Assembly (NCBI GenBank): GCA_002269645.1
Contig: NIVC01000763.1
Coordinates: 248,001-312,000, forward strand
Direction: 5' to 3'
Source of the DNA: Macrostomum lignano
Taxonomy: Eukaryota
Length of the DNA stretch: 64,000 nucleotides
In this document: piece after piece, positions 1-19,700 of the stretch
Numbering within the stretch: the first letter of the stretch is position 1
Layout: every line of letters begins with the position of its first letter
The notes under the pieces: model-generated
Database searches by the model: none
Seen by the model: the letters and a program-made list of their open reading frames with translations, nothing else
What the model was told of the DNA's origin: nothing
Position numbers and translations under genes: made by a program

Positions 1-27
1 CTTATTTGGATCGTCGTGTCTCCAGAG

Positions 28-360
28 CTAGTCATCGAGAGGCAGAATGCCGTTGTCGTTGACTCGCTGCCAGCCAGATCTGGAGGTGCTTCGCTCATCG
101 GCGAGGTTTGAGACGCTGACCCACAGGCCCCGGCTGTAGCTCCGGTAACTGAGGGAGCTGCGGCTGTTCGCCAGCTCGCCCCCGAGCGCCGCGCACTGCA
201 GGTTGGCCTCGCACCAGGAGTAGCTTTGGTTATTGTTCTTGTAGAGACACTTTCTGGCCGAGCTGCTAAACGGACTCGGACAGAGCAGCTGACCGCGGAC
301 TGAGCACAGCAGCATCAATACAGTGAGGGCACTCGATTCCATCTGCATCCTGGGCACCAT
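28..360 (-). CDS. Secreted C-type lectin domain-like protein, truncated by an in-frame TAG at 28-30 (homology appears to continue to the window edge)
   Basis: ATG at 360-358. Hydrophobic signal-like segment (ALTVLMLLCSVRG), then C-P..F....KCLY...SYSWCEANLQCAALGGELA and a WVSV motif, typical of the CTLD N-terminal half. After the stop the frame reads LWRHDDPNK, resembling the W..xEPN segment. Confidence 0.6.
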   Translation of the reverse strand: MVPRMQMESSALTVLMLLCSVRGQLLCPSPFSSSARKCLYKNNNQSYSWCEANLQCAALGGELANSRSSLSYRSYSRGLWVSVSNLADERSTSRSGWQRVNDNGILPLDD

Positions 361-599
361 TCCCAAACTCTCGCTAAGTCAGCCTGCTTTTTAAATCAAA
401 GCTCATTAAAAATTTTGTGGCAGGTGTCTTGTATCCCAAGACGTTTTTCTAGATTTTGAGTGGGATGCAGCTCGCCGACTGTGTGTCAAAAATGTGTCGA
501 AGCAATCTGCTTTAATTAGAAGGGTTGAAACCCAGTCAGAAGTCTAGCATTACATATAGGCCTAACCATGGCGGCTCTGATGCAAAATGCCTAAGCGAG

Positions 600-2372
600 T
601 TTCTGACAGATTCTCTACACAGATGCTGACAGATGCTGACAGATGCTGACAGATTCTCTTGACAGATGCTGACAGATGCTGACAGATTCTCTTGACAGAT
701 GCTGACAGATGCTGACAGATTCTCTACACAGATGCTGACAGATGCTGACAGATGCTGACAGATTCTCTACACAGATGCTGACAGATGCTGACAGATGCTG
801 ACAGATTCTCTTGATAGATGCTGACAGATGCTGACAGATTCTCTTGACAGATGCTGACAGATGCTGACACATTCTCTTGACAGATGCTGACACATTCTCT
901 TGACAGATGCTGACACATTCTCTTGACAGATGCTGACACATTCTCTTGACAGATGCTGACACATTCTCTTGACAGATGCTGACAGAATCCCTTGACAGAT
1001 GCTGACACATTCTCTTGGAAGATGCTGACACATTCTCTTGACAGATGCTGACAGACTCTCTTGACAGATGCTGACAGATGCTGACACATTCTCTTGACAG
1101 ATGCTGACAGAATCCCTTGACAGATGCTGACACATTCTCTTGGCAGATGCTGACACATTCTCTTGACAGATGCTGACAGACTCTCTTGACAGATGCTGAC
1201 AGATGCTGACACATTCTCTTGACAGATGCTGACACATTCTCTTGACAGATGCTGACACATTCTCTTGACAGATGCTGACACATTCTCTTGACGGATGCTG
1301 ACAGATGCTGACACATTCTCTTGACAGATGCTGACACATTCTCCTGACGGATGCTGACAGATGCTGACAGATGCTGACACATTCTCTTGACAGATGCTGA
1401 CACATTCTCTTGACAGATGCTGACACATTCTCTTGACAGATGCTGACAGAATCCCTTGACAGATGCTGACACATTCTCTTGGCAGATGCTGATACATTCT
1501 CTTGACAGATGCTGACAGACTCTCTTGACAGATGCTGACAGATGCTGACACATTCTCTTGACAGATGCGGACAGATGCTGACAGATGCTGACACATTCTC
1601 TTGACAGATACTGACAGAATCCCTTGACAGATGCTGACACATTCTCTTGGCAGATGCTGACACATTCTCTTGACAGATGCTGACAGACTCTCTTGACAGA
1701 TGCTGACAGATGCTGACACATTCTCTTGACAGATGCTGACAGAATCCCTTGACAGATGCTGACACATTCTCTTGGCAGATGCTGACACATTCTCTTGACA
1801 GATGCTGACAGACTCTCTTGACGGATGCTGACAGATGCTGACACATTCTCTTGACAGATGCTGACGCATTCTCTTGACAGATGCTGACGCATTCTCTTGA
1901 CAGATGCTGACAGAATCCCTTGACAGATGCTGACACATTCTCTTGGCAGATGCTGACACATTCTCTTGACAGATGCTGACAGACTCTCTTGACGGATGCT
2001 GACAGATGCTGACACATTCTCTTGACAGATGCTGACGCATTCTCTTGACAGATGCTGACGCATTCTCTTGACAGATGCTGACACATTCTCTTGACAGATG
2101 CTGACACATTCTCTTGACGGATGCTGACAGATGCTGACACATTCTCTTGACAGATGCTGACACATTCTCTTGACGGATGCTGACAGATGCTGACACATTC
2201 TCCTGACGGATGCTGACAGATGCTGACAGATGCTGACACATTCTCTTGACAGATGCTGACAGATTCTCTTGACGGATGCTGACACATTCTCTTGACAGAT
2301 GCTGACGATTCTCCTGACAGATGCTGACAGATTCTGACAGATGCTTACAGATGCTGACAGATGCTGACAGAC
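600..2372. repeat. Minisatellite of mixed 10-bp (GACAGATGCT) and 13-bp (GACACATTCTCTT) subunits
   Basis: Tandem array seen directly; it generates the spurious SASVKRMCQHL ORFs. Confidence 0.97.
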
Positions 2373-2883
2373 CAGCTACCAGTTCAAGCAAGCATTCAAA
2401 ATTGCATTTTTGTGTGTGTGATACGTCCGTAAGTTGTGTTTGGGCTTAGGAGCTGTGATCCTCTCCAAAGTGTCTGAATTGTAAAAAGCCCTTTGAGCAT
2501 AGTCCACGAGGCACCTTACTTGTAGGCAATAAACTAGAGCTCAAATTAAATAATTAAGGGCAATCACATCACTCTGGTTGAGCAGTCTTTTACACCACCC
2601 GAGAGAATTGCGGTTTAATTAATAAACTTTGTCAAAACAGTCTGATAAAACTATTTAAGGACTGGAAGCAGGTTGTAGCTATTAAGATAGAATAGATTTG
2701 TTGAGCATCAGTTCAGAACTTCATGTGAATTTTTTTATTTTTAAATCTGGCATACTAAACACAGCGCAGGGCTGTCATGGAAACCAGACTAAGGTGAGCC
2801 CGTTCTAGTCCTGAGAACAGGAAACAAAGTTTTAGGGCTAAGGTTGAACTCGGTTGGCTATTAGATGTATCTGCCTTGTCTTT

Positions 2884-3320
2884 AGGTACATGAATGTGTC
2901 TATAGGTACATGCATGTGTCTATATGTACATTGTTATATCTATAGGTATATGTATGTGTCTATATGTACATGAATATATCTATAGGTATGTCTATGTGTC
3001 CATAAGTACATGAATGTGTCTATAGGTACATGTATGAGTCTATAGGTACATGAATGTGTCTATAAGTACATGAATATATCTATAGGTACATGAATGTGTC
3101 TATAAGTACATGAATATATCTATAGGTACATGAATGTGTCTATAAGTACATGAATATATCTATAGGTATATGTATGTGTTTATAGGTACATTTATGTGTC
3201 CATAGGTACATGTGTGTGTCTATAAGTACATGAATGTGTATATAAGTACATGAATGTGTCTATAGGTACATGCATGTGTCTATAAGTACATGAATGTGTA
3301 TATAAGTACATGAATGTGTC
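2884..3320. repeat. 20-bp minisatellite (TATAGGTACATGAATGTGTC)
   Basis: About 20 degenerate tandem copies seen directly. Confidence 0.95.
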
Positions 3321-3395
3321 GACTGGTTATTGTGTCATTGGATAGAGCCATTGAACCGTGAGGTGGGAACTGTAATAGTTTAATTTGGAATATAG

Positions 3396-9654
<6,259 letters not shown>

Positions 9655-10275
9655 GAGCTCTACAGACTCTTAATAATGTTAATTAATCCTCTTTTTGTCC
9701 CCTGTTTTTCCTTGTATCCTAGTATCGCTAATCCGGAATGCGAAACCCTTAAAATCCTCAATCAATTTGCCCTGATCCGTCATATATATGTAAGTGCAAA
9801 ATGCCACAATCAAAAAAATTTATTACCTTAACTTTTCGATTCAACTACTGTTGTACCCGGCGTGTGTAAAAATACTCGTAGACTTCTGCTCAATCAGATT
9901 GCATGCTTGCTTGCAGTCGACTCTGAGAGAGTTCTCGAAGCGATAAACCGAGCACCCCTGCGCGGTCTAAATGTGCTCACGTAGATAGCGGCATTTTAGG
10001 TAAATCTTTGTACAGCTGGTCTTCTGTTCTTATCAGCACGGCGAACTGAGAATCTGAGATGGTGGCTTCGGCAGAATTTATAGGGTCATGCAGCGGCAGC
10101 CGAGTGTTGCTAAACCTGTCTGCAAGAAATATTTTGAGTTTAAGCTTATTTATGTGCGCCGTAATGCATTCAAAGTCTGCGGCGATACTTGACTAATAAA
10201 GCTGTGAATATAGAAGTCAGTTGAAACAAGAATGGTAAGTTACTATACTGCAATCACTTTCGTTGTGTTTTAACC

Positions 10276-10485
10276 ATGCCTTGTCTCTTGGTGAGCCTCG
10301 CTGTCTCTTGGTGAGCCTCACTGTCTATTGGTGAGCGTCACTGTATATTGGTGAGCGTCACTGTATATTGGTGAGCGTCACTGTACATTAGTGAGCGTCA
10401 CCTGTCTATTGGTGAGCGTCACCTGTCTATTGGTGAGTTTCACTGTATATTGGTGAGCGTCACCTGTCTTTTGGTCACCTGTCTA
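10276..10485. repeat. ~20-bp minisatellite (CACTGTATATTGGTGAGCGT)
   Basis: Seen directly. Confidence 0.9.
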
Positions 10486-10582
10486 GCGTCATCATTATGA
10501 GTCGCTATGACAGAAAATTTCATCAAGATGCTCTTTCAGATGTTATCTACGAGCTATAAGACTGTATTGGACACTTCAGTTC

Positions 10583-10910
10583 AAGTGCTTTCGCGTAACA
10601 AAATTTACGTATCCAATAGAAACCTGGACGTTTTCAACACGTATTTTAGGTCGTAGGAACGCCCTTGAGACGCATTCGATGCATTCATGATCCTCCAAGA
10701 AGCTGGTTTCTACAAAAATGATGCATAAATATAAAATAATAATAGAATCAATACTTATTCACCATTTTTGTAGAAACCAGCTTCTTGGAAGATAATAAAT
10801 GCATTGGATGCGTCTTAGGGGCGTTCCAATGACCAAAAAATACGTATTGAAGACGTCCAACTTTTTATTGAATACGTATTTTTTATAGCTACGAGCACCA
10901 ACGCTTGAGC
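10583..10910. mobile_element. Long imperfect inverted repeat (fold-back/MITE-like)
   Basis: Left arm ...GGACGTTTTCAACACGTATTT...TCCAAGAAGCTGGTTTCTACAAAAATG pairs with right arm CATTTTTGTAGAAACCAGCTTCTTGGA...AAATACGTATTGAAGACGTCC. No clear TSD. Confidence 0.7.
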
Positions 10911-10959
10911 AGACTACTAAACTGGTGTGAATAAAAAAGCGTTAATCTTTCCTGGAGTA

Positions 10960-12781
10960 ATGCTCAACAAATCAATCCCAACGTTCTCCTCAACACAGTC
11001 GCTGGGCTGCCAGGTGTTGCACAGGCTCACTAGACGAGCAACGTTTGTCGCTGCCGTCGGCTGCATGCTGCTCGTCATAATTCTGTTCTCCGCGCTCAAA
11101 CTGACCCGGCGAACCGAGCCGCGGGTGGTCGATCTGGAACTCTCACGGAGAATCGCTGAACAGCTGCGACCGGACCAGGACGATCTGGCCGCCATCGGGC
11201 AGCACGTGTTCAGCGCCTACTTTGACACCCGAGCTACGCTTGGAAATCGAAAATACGTCCGCATCGTAGCCGTGCTGGATATCAAAGCCTATGAGAGTGA
11301 CTTTATTTGCCAGTTTCTGCACGAGTCCGGCCGCATGTCGTTTAGCACGGTTGCCAGAAAGTCGGCAATCGGAGCTGGCATGGGGTACAACAATCACTAC
11401 TATAAGGAGTTCGTGCTGTCCTGTCCAATCGGTAATGACACCAGATCTGCCACCTTTGTCTTTGTTCAGACTGGAGACGCCGCTCAGCGATCGCAGGTGC
11501 TGCGGGTCAGACACAATCCGCTGTCTCTGGGAAAGCAGCCAGCTGATCAGCAACAAATCATCAACTGCGTGTCCGTGACGTTTGGCAATCCAAACGAGCA
11601 CCGGCTGATTGAATGGCTGGAAGCCCAGCGCCTACTCAAAATGGACAAAGTCGAACTGCATTTCTATCATGTATTGAACAAAAACTTTGAAGCCGTGGCC
11701 CAGTCTTACAGCGCCGAAGGCTTTTTGAACGTGAGAAAAATCGGCTGCCCGTTTTGCGATCCGGCGGACAGCGATTTAAAGCTGCTGCTGATGTCTCCCG
11801 CCATCAACCAGTGCCTCTACGAGGTGAGGATTCTTTAGAATAAAGATCAGAGTTTTACTCTTTAGGTTTGGATTTTTTGAATGCGCGGCCACCCATGCAT
11901 CTGGGGCTTGTTCACAGGTTGTAGAGTAGAGTAGCCTCAGATTGTGGGCCGATTTCGCCGAAGGAGTTGTGCCAGTGTCTGCAACCCTCCTGGGTATATT
12001 TATTGATACCTCGTGAGTTTCGGGCCCACTGTTAACTAGCTTCACTGGTTTGTAGACTTTGTGATTCCGTAATTATACAATACAATTAAGATTGAAAGTA
12101 TGGCCACTGAAACCTGCCAGTAGTGAGATACGAAAACGCACTAATCGGAAAAACTACCAACTCCAAATTTGCCCGAGTACACAAACTAAATGTACGTGCA
12201 AAAGGTACCGGAGACAGGCGACAGAGGCCATGAACTTGTCCGCAAAACAAAACTTGAATGCGCATTTTCAGAACCTGGGCGGTTACAAGTACACGGCAGT
12301 GTTCGACCTCGACGAGATCATCGTGCCGCAGCAGCACCCCGACTATCCCTCCATGCTGGCAGCCTTGGAGAAGGTCAGCACCAGCTCGTTCGCCTTCAGA
12401 AACTGGTACCACTTCAACGAGCTCGGAGAGGACTCGACAGTGGATTCCAGGATGCACATGCTGCGACATCCCTACCGAACGAAAGAGGAGAGCCAGATTG
12501 GCTATTCGGCAAAGTCAATCCACAGATCCTGCTGCGTCGTGGCGCTGCAAAATCACTTCAGCTGGGAGGACGCCCCCAAGCCGAACACGAGGATGAGCAT
12601 CTACCACGTGGCTGTGGACATCGGGGTCAACGAGCACTATAAAAAGTGCCACTTTTATCCGAACGAGTGCAAAGCCATGACCGCAGTGAAAGATCGAAAG
12701 GACGGTTCCAGGCTGAAAAAGCTGATTGGGAAAAGGCTGAAGGCTGAATTTCGAAGCAAGGAGCGCCAAGTTTTTAGTTGA
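10960..12781 (+). CDS. Glycosyltransferase family 92 (DUF23) type II membrane protein, 2 exons
   Basis: Exons 10960-11823 (GAG|GTGAGG) and 12272-12781 (TTTTCAG|AAC). N-terminal TM anchor; motifs SAYFDTR..VRIVAV, LIEWLEAQRLL, NQCLY and YKYTAVFDLDEIIVP (DxD) are characteristic of GT92. Confidence 0.85.
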
Positions 12782-13752
12782 TGAAATGAAATTTGACCAG
12801 TAGTTTACGAAGGTGCAGAGCAGTTTTCTATTGTAGATACGAGCGTATTATTAGTCATCTTTTCATTTCATCACTTTGCTAAATATTATTGATCATTTCT
12901 CTGTAATAAAAGTTATTTTCAGATGTAGCAATCATGTCTAGCTTCAAGTTGCCCCGATAGACTTTTCTCAATCCATAACGGTGTCATGTCATCCAATTAC
13001 GACTAGAGAATCGTATCAAAATACTAGCGGTTAATTATGATTAGAAGCAATCAATAAACGTGTAAATAAATTGAAGGCTGCAAAATTTTCGACTAAACTG
13101 AATATGTTTGCAATATTTATTAACAATAAAGCAAAAATGCTAAAAAATGAGTTTTATAACCGTCAATCAAAACACTAAAAATAGAAGTTCCATGCTAAAA
13201 AATCTATGGCTCAAAGTCTTATTAATAATCATCTTTTCTAACTACCTGTGGCCCCAATCGCAGGAATCCACTTCTTTATTTAGACAATCAGTTTAAAAAA
13301 AAATATTTTGGAAACAGAAATACTGCTCAACAACCAACGAAGCTATGAGCTTAGCAATTTGTTTCTTAGCGCCGAAGAATTAACGTGCAACAGGTGAGAC
13401 GATTTGGCTCAATGCTTTGGTTTGGTTTTTATAGCCATATGGACATGGGTTCAAGGTAGATAGACACAGAAAGATGGCTTTCTAGAATCAATTCTGATAC
13501 CAGTCATACTACATTATACACTATCATAATGCTTTCAAGTCTAATTGCTAGTTGTCATTGAATTGTATGAAAATAACTTTCCTAATATATTGACTTTTCA
13601 ACTATTCAAGTGTAAGTTCAAGGTCGGTCTTCAGACAACGTAGGAATTAGCGGCTCGAAGTATTTCTTGAATGCGATCTCGTACTCGTAGAGAGCCACAA
13701 ATCTCGTTTCACTCCAGGCTTACCATTTAAGTGTGCACGCCAAGAAATTGCG

Positions 13753-16700
13753 ATGAAAAATCAATTTCTGTACCTGCTCCTTCTCCTGCTGAGACTAAAA
13801 TTGAGCCATCTACCTTGGATCCTGCTGGTGTGCCTAGCTTCCGTGTCAAATATTTTTCTGTTCTCGATAATTACCAACTGGATGGGCATCGGAGCCCAGA
13901 TTGTCTCCTACATGACAGCCAACGAGTTTACGGCAAACAGTTTACTCTTAGTAGACAAGTACTCGCATCCGGAATCGGCAAGGGCCCTAATGGATGCCAT
14001 TATTTACAGGGAGGTAATTGCGCGCAGCAGAGTCGAGCAGATGCTCGTGTCGTGCGAGACTCGGAGCCGCTGCTCTGAGACGGCATTTCGGCTGCAATAC
14101 GGCAGAAGTTACACCAATAGGCACACGTCCTACATAGACTACGGCACTGGCAATACGCTTCCGACCGTCAGATGTCAGGTGTCTCGGGGAGCCGAGCTTC
14201 AATGCCCCTTCCTTAATCACCTGGTGGCGACCTCACTGAAGCCGAAGCTGCACCATTCGGGCTACACGTTTGGCAGGGCGGAGTTTTTCAGCATCAAGGC
14301 GGCAGACAATAAGTGGATTAGACAGCCCTCAAACACTTTTTGTGGAAAGCACGGCAACTTCAAGGGCGTCATTGAATTGACGGCACTTTTCCAATCTATG
14401 CTGCTCATCTGCTCGGGGTTTCTCTACTTCCTTTTGAGCACAATCAGGTGCATTGCGGACTTGAAAAAGAACGGCTTTCTACGGATCATGTTTCAAAAAG
14501 GCCTATCCGTAAACGCGTTTTGGTCAGCCATGTGGTTGATTACCTTGACTGAAGCGCTGATAACGGCTGTGCTGATGGTCACCTCCTTCACTGCGCATTG
14601 TCCGAATTTCTATCGGCCTAACTCAATGATCGCTATATTTTTTGTGACGATGGCGCAGTTGTTCTGTATTGCCGCATTGGGATTCCTGCTGAGCGTACTG
14701 CTATACAGCTTATTTAATATCGGCCTAGTGCTGGCACTGATTGCAATATTCTCCTGCGTTATAGTAATAATTAACTACCTGCTGCCTCCCTCTGTGGGAC
14801 TTTGGCCCAAGGTCCTCCTGCTGCTACTGCTAGGACCGATGGGACACTTTGGCGAGTTTTTGACCGCCCACTTAATGTCTTCTACTATCGCTGACAGCGT
14901 GACAGTCTATCACAACTGGGTGTTGGCTGTAAGCATCCTGTTTCCGGCGCTAGTCGTTGGTGCAACCGTATACTTAGACTTTGTGATGGCCTCGGGAAAT
15001 GGATACCGGCTGCAATGTGGCTACATCTTTGACAGACGATTCTGGGTACAAGAGTCAACAGAGCCTATCACCGAGCATCTCGAAGATTTTCTGACCGACT
15101 CGCCGAATATTGAGCCAATCGCTGAAGGTCAGCGGCCAATTGTCCAGATCATCCAGGCTAGCAAGCGCTTTAAAAACAGAGCGCACTGCTTTTGCAAAGA
15201 AAGATCCAAGACAATAGTAGCTCTAAACAACGTTTCAGGTAAGTGAAACGTAAGTTCTGTTTATGTAAGGGATGAATATAAGGGAGCGGTCCTGGACCAG
15301 AAACACCAATGGTGCCCCATGGATACGAAGAAGTAAAAGGGAAAGGAAGTGAAGGAAGGCAAAGTGAGAGAACGGAAGGAGAACAAGACAAGGATAAGAG
15401 AAGTCTAAAAAACTAATCAAGGTAGTCTTTGAGACACCTGGCTCTTAAAAATGGATGGCTTGATGCCAGGATTAACCGCTTCTGTTGCTCTGCTCTAGAG
15501 AAAGGAAGCTTAAAGGAGAAGCTGTTTGTTGATAGAACGGAGAGCACAGTGCGACTGTGGAGCAAAAGGAGGGAGGAGCTGCTGAAGTTCGCTGAAGCCT
15601 TGACCCCCGCAGAAGTCTATGAACAAAAGCAAGTCCTAAGGCTATATGGAACCTTGAAAGAGTTACCAATGATCACTGGCAGATCCCCATACGCACTGAA
15701 CAACCAAGTAATGGTTGGCATCAAGTAATTTAACTGGATTAGAAATTAGAAATATTGAGGAAAAAGAAGCAGGTGGGAAATCACAGGAATCCCTCTTGCT
15801 ACTAACGACTTTTTGCTCACATTTATTAGGATAAAACTTGATTTTCAGTCTAAACCCAATTTATGGTTTTTCAAGATCTGTGTTCAACTGTGAATAATTT
15901 ACTAGTAATAGTTCTTTAAAAAGCTTAAAAAGCTACATTTACATTGTAGGTTGCATCTACGAGCACCAAATCACAGCAATCGTTGGACACAACGGCTCAG
16001 GAAAGACAACGTTATTGAATATATTAAGCGGCACTGATGTTCCAACAGAGGGGCACGTTTCTGTCGACGGCCTTCTGGTCAGCAACCCAATCAACAGAAT
16101 TAAGTTGCACAAGATTGTTAGCGTGTGTCCGCAGGAGAACTCCTTATGTAACTCGCTAACTGTACTGCAGACGCTTGAGCTGGCTCGCGTCAGCTGCCAA
16201 AACTTGGAGATTTCTGATGAAGCAATCGATAAGCTGCTGGACGCGACGCGACTAAATTTCAAGAAGACTGTTTGCGTTGAGAATCTCAGCAACGGCATGA
16301 GGCGCAAGCTGTGCACCGCTGTGGCTCTCGTTGGAGATGCCAAGGTGCTACTGCTGGACGAGCCAACCAGCGGTGTCGACGCGCTGTCCAAACGATTGAT
16401 TTGGAAGCTGCTGCAGGAATACAAGACTAAGTGTTCAATAATTCTGAGTACACAGGCGATGGACGAAGCGGACATCCTGGCGGATCGCAAGATGTTTTTG
16501 TCCGGCGGAGCCCTGATTTGCGCCGGGTCGTCCCACTTTCTAAAGAGCGCGTTCGACTGCGGCTTTGAATTCAATGTCACGCTTAAATCGGAAACTTACG
16601 CTCCACTTTTAGTAAAGCAAATTGTGCACGACTTCAGATCTGTCCGTGTGAGAAGCCAGTTTCACAGAAGTCTGCGGTTTCATCTACCGACTGAAAACAT

Positions 16701-19700
16701 CAAGGAGTTGCCGCTGTTGGCGCAAGCGCTGGAACGAAGATTAAATTGGATAGCCGCATTCGGACTGCACCAGGTGTCTTTGGATGACATCTTTATCCGG
16801 CTAAAGGATTTCCCGCCTGGTGAAATTGAGGACCTATTTAGAAAGGGGCGGATCGGGTTGCTAGGCGAAGGCGAAGGAGCCGAGGAAGACGCCAGTAACC
16901 AACTCAAAAGCAGAAGAAAACGGTTGCAAACGCTTCTTTCTTCTGTCGAGAAAACCCTCAACCCGTCGAATATGCAAAACTTTCGTGCCCTAATACGTGT
17001 TAATTTGATGCGACTGCTTCGCTCAAAGACGCGATTGATTAGCCGAATCGGCATTCCTCTGGCAATGCTGCTCATTCTCATCATCTTGGCCGTCATTGAG
17101 AAGCGCCAAGGAAACTTAAAACTAAAAATTCGAAACAATCTAACCAACTCTGGCGACTCGTTCAAGGGAGGGATTTGTCTGTTTGAATCCAAACTCGGGA
17201 TAAACTTATCGGCGAGCACCTGCGCTCAGATGCTCACGGGAAAGTCGGACAATGATACGATTCACACATTCTACGCACTGCCCATTCCTATGGAAGGCCT
17301 CAGAGAGTATTTAAAGCAACCTTCGACAATAATTCAGTTCAGATCTATCTGTGAAGGGGTAACTAATCTGCAATCCGGCTGCCCAGTCGTCTACTCAAGC
17401 GAGTGGAACAAGGATCTACTTAATAGCGACAGAAAAATTTCTGTTGGATCGTTCCAAACAAACAAGGACTTTAATTCTTCACAAGCTGCATTTATCGGCG
17501 TCGGAGCCTACATTAAGCTGCTGATGTACTTTTTATCCGGCGTAGTTGAAAGGGAGAACGAACTGTTCCACATTCAGGTCGAGTCAACTTACGACTTTCG
17601 AGGCGCTTTCATCAATTTGTACGGAATTTTTGCGCAAATTTTACTACTGACGATCATTCCGGCTACGTTTCTTGACGACATCATCGAAGACAAGGAGACT
17701 AGGGTGAAAAACCAGCTGTCCACAATTGGAATGGACGATACCAACTACTGGACAACTATGCATTTCGTGCATTGGATTCAATACGCGGTTATTTACCTGG
17801 TCAGCGTAATTCTGGTCGTCGTAATTAACTCAAGCGGCTATGCTAATAGCTTCTACCTTGCTGGAATCGTGCTACCAACTCTAATATTCGGTCTCAGCAA
17901 CAATCAGCTGACAGTGTACATTCTCAGCTCGCTTCTCAACAAGTCAAATCCAATAGTTGCAGTGACTTATTTCTTCTTCTCCGTCTTTCTCATGCTAATT
18001 ACGCTGACAGTTCAGCTGGACAATGTGGTTGGCGTGGTGCTGATTGCGCTGCTGCCGCCCTTCGCAACAATCGCGCTGACCTTTCACGGCACGAAGGCGA
18101 TATTCTATACAGTGTCATTCCTTGAGGTCAGCAGTATTTCCACAGTGGAAAGATCTGCAAGAATCATTTTCTTCTCCCAGCCGCACATCGTTGCGTCATT
18201 AACGTCCATCATAGTGCACTTTGTTATCCAGCCCTTAGTATTGAGCATCTTTGAGAACAGATTTTTTCTATCAAACGCTTGCAAAAAGTTAAATAATAAC
18301 GATGTTGAACTAGCGAATTTTGAAAATGACGAAGGGATTCGAGACGAAATTAACTTTCTTGATGAGACGCCTCGAAGTAAGAACAACTTGCTAGAGTTGC
18401 GTCATATTAGCGTGACTTTCGGAAACGAAGCCAAGGCTGTTCAGGATGTCAGCTTCGCCGTGGCCTCCGGTGAGATATTTGGTCTGCTTGGTCCAAATGG
18501 CGCAGGCAAGAGCACTACGATGGCCGTGATTGTGGGCCAGATCAGGGCAGACAAAGGTCGATGCGAAATCCGGAAGGGCGACCGTTGGAGGTCAAGCAGG
18601 CTGGCAACCAAGCGAGGCCATGTAGGATTCTGTCCACAGTACAATCCGCTGTACGCCAACCTCACAGCCCGGGAGCACCTGGAGTTCTACGCAACGATTA
18701 TGGGAATCTCGAAAGAGGACGCTGACGAGCAAATCGACCTGCTACTTGAAGGCCTTGAGCTGGACCAGCACAGCAACAAGGCCGCCATCGAGCTGTCGTT
18801 TGGGTCCAAGAGGCGGCTGTCACTGGCCACGTCTCTGCTGGGCGATCCGTGCGTTCTGGTCATCGACGAAGCTTCAACTGGCGTGGATCCAGACGGCCGG
18901 CGATTCCTGTGGCAGGCGATCAAATCCCTGGCTGGCGAGAACCGTTCAATAGTCGTCGCGACGCACAGCATGGAAGAGGCAGAAGCGCTGGCTACCAGGG
19001 TTGGCATTCTGAATCACGGCTACTTGATCGGCCTGGGCGCTGTGCAGCAGTTAAAGAACAGGTAAGTGTCAAATTGCCGCCATAGCTCTGCAAACCGTCA
19101 CGGCAAACCTTTGATATTTTTTACGTTTCGGTATTGCACGCATACTTTGGCTGGTCTGAATTGAGGACTGAAACGTGCAGCATTTTAACCAAGGCTGGCT
19201 GGTAAGAGGACGCACGTCTTACGCTTAAACACTTTGGGAATGCATTTGAAAGCTCAATTACGCTTAAGAGCTAAAAAAATTACCAACCTGTGAGCCACGG
19301 CCAAACAAATCGTTCAGTCTCTTGATCGATGATCTTGAAATCCAGAGTTCTTGACTCAAAATACTCACCAAGAGCCAGGGGCACTCACCAAAAGCCAGGT
19401 GTGCCCACCAAGAGCCAGAGTCACCCACCAAGAGCCAAGGGCACCTACCAAGAGCCTGAGGCGCCCAAGAGCCAGGGGCGCCCACCAAGAGCCAGAGTCA
19501 CCCACCAAGAGCCAAGGGCACCTACCAAGAGCCTGAGGCGCCCAAGAGCCAGGGGCGCCCACCAAGAGCCAGAGTCACCCACCAAGAGCCAAGGGCACCT
19601 ACTAAGAGCCTGAGGCGCCCAAGAGCCATGGGCGCCCACTAAGACACCAAATACTTTAAATTCCTGCATACGCCATTGAAGTGCAGGCATGCTAGCTGAG

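Noticed and set aside
615-2391. 500-556 aa ORFs (SASVKRMCQHL...)
   Set aside because: Translations of a 10/13-bp minisatellite, open in several frames, with no domain or splice context.
9850-10130. Structured-looking segment considered as an SL RNA or snRNA gene
   Set aside because: No recognisable spliced-leader exon, donor or Sm-site arrangement; more likely a repeat fragment.
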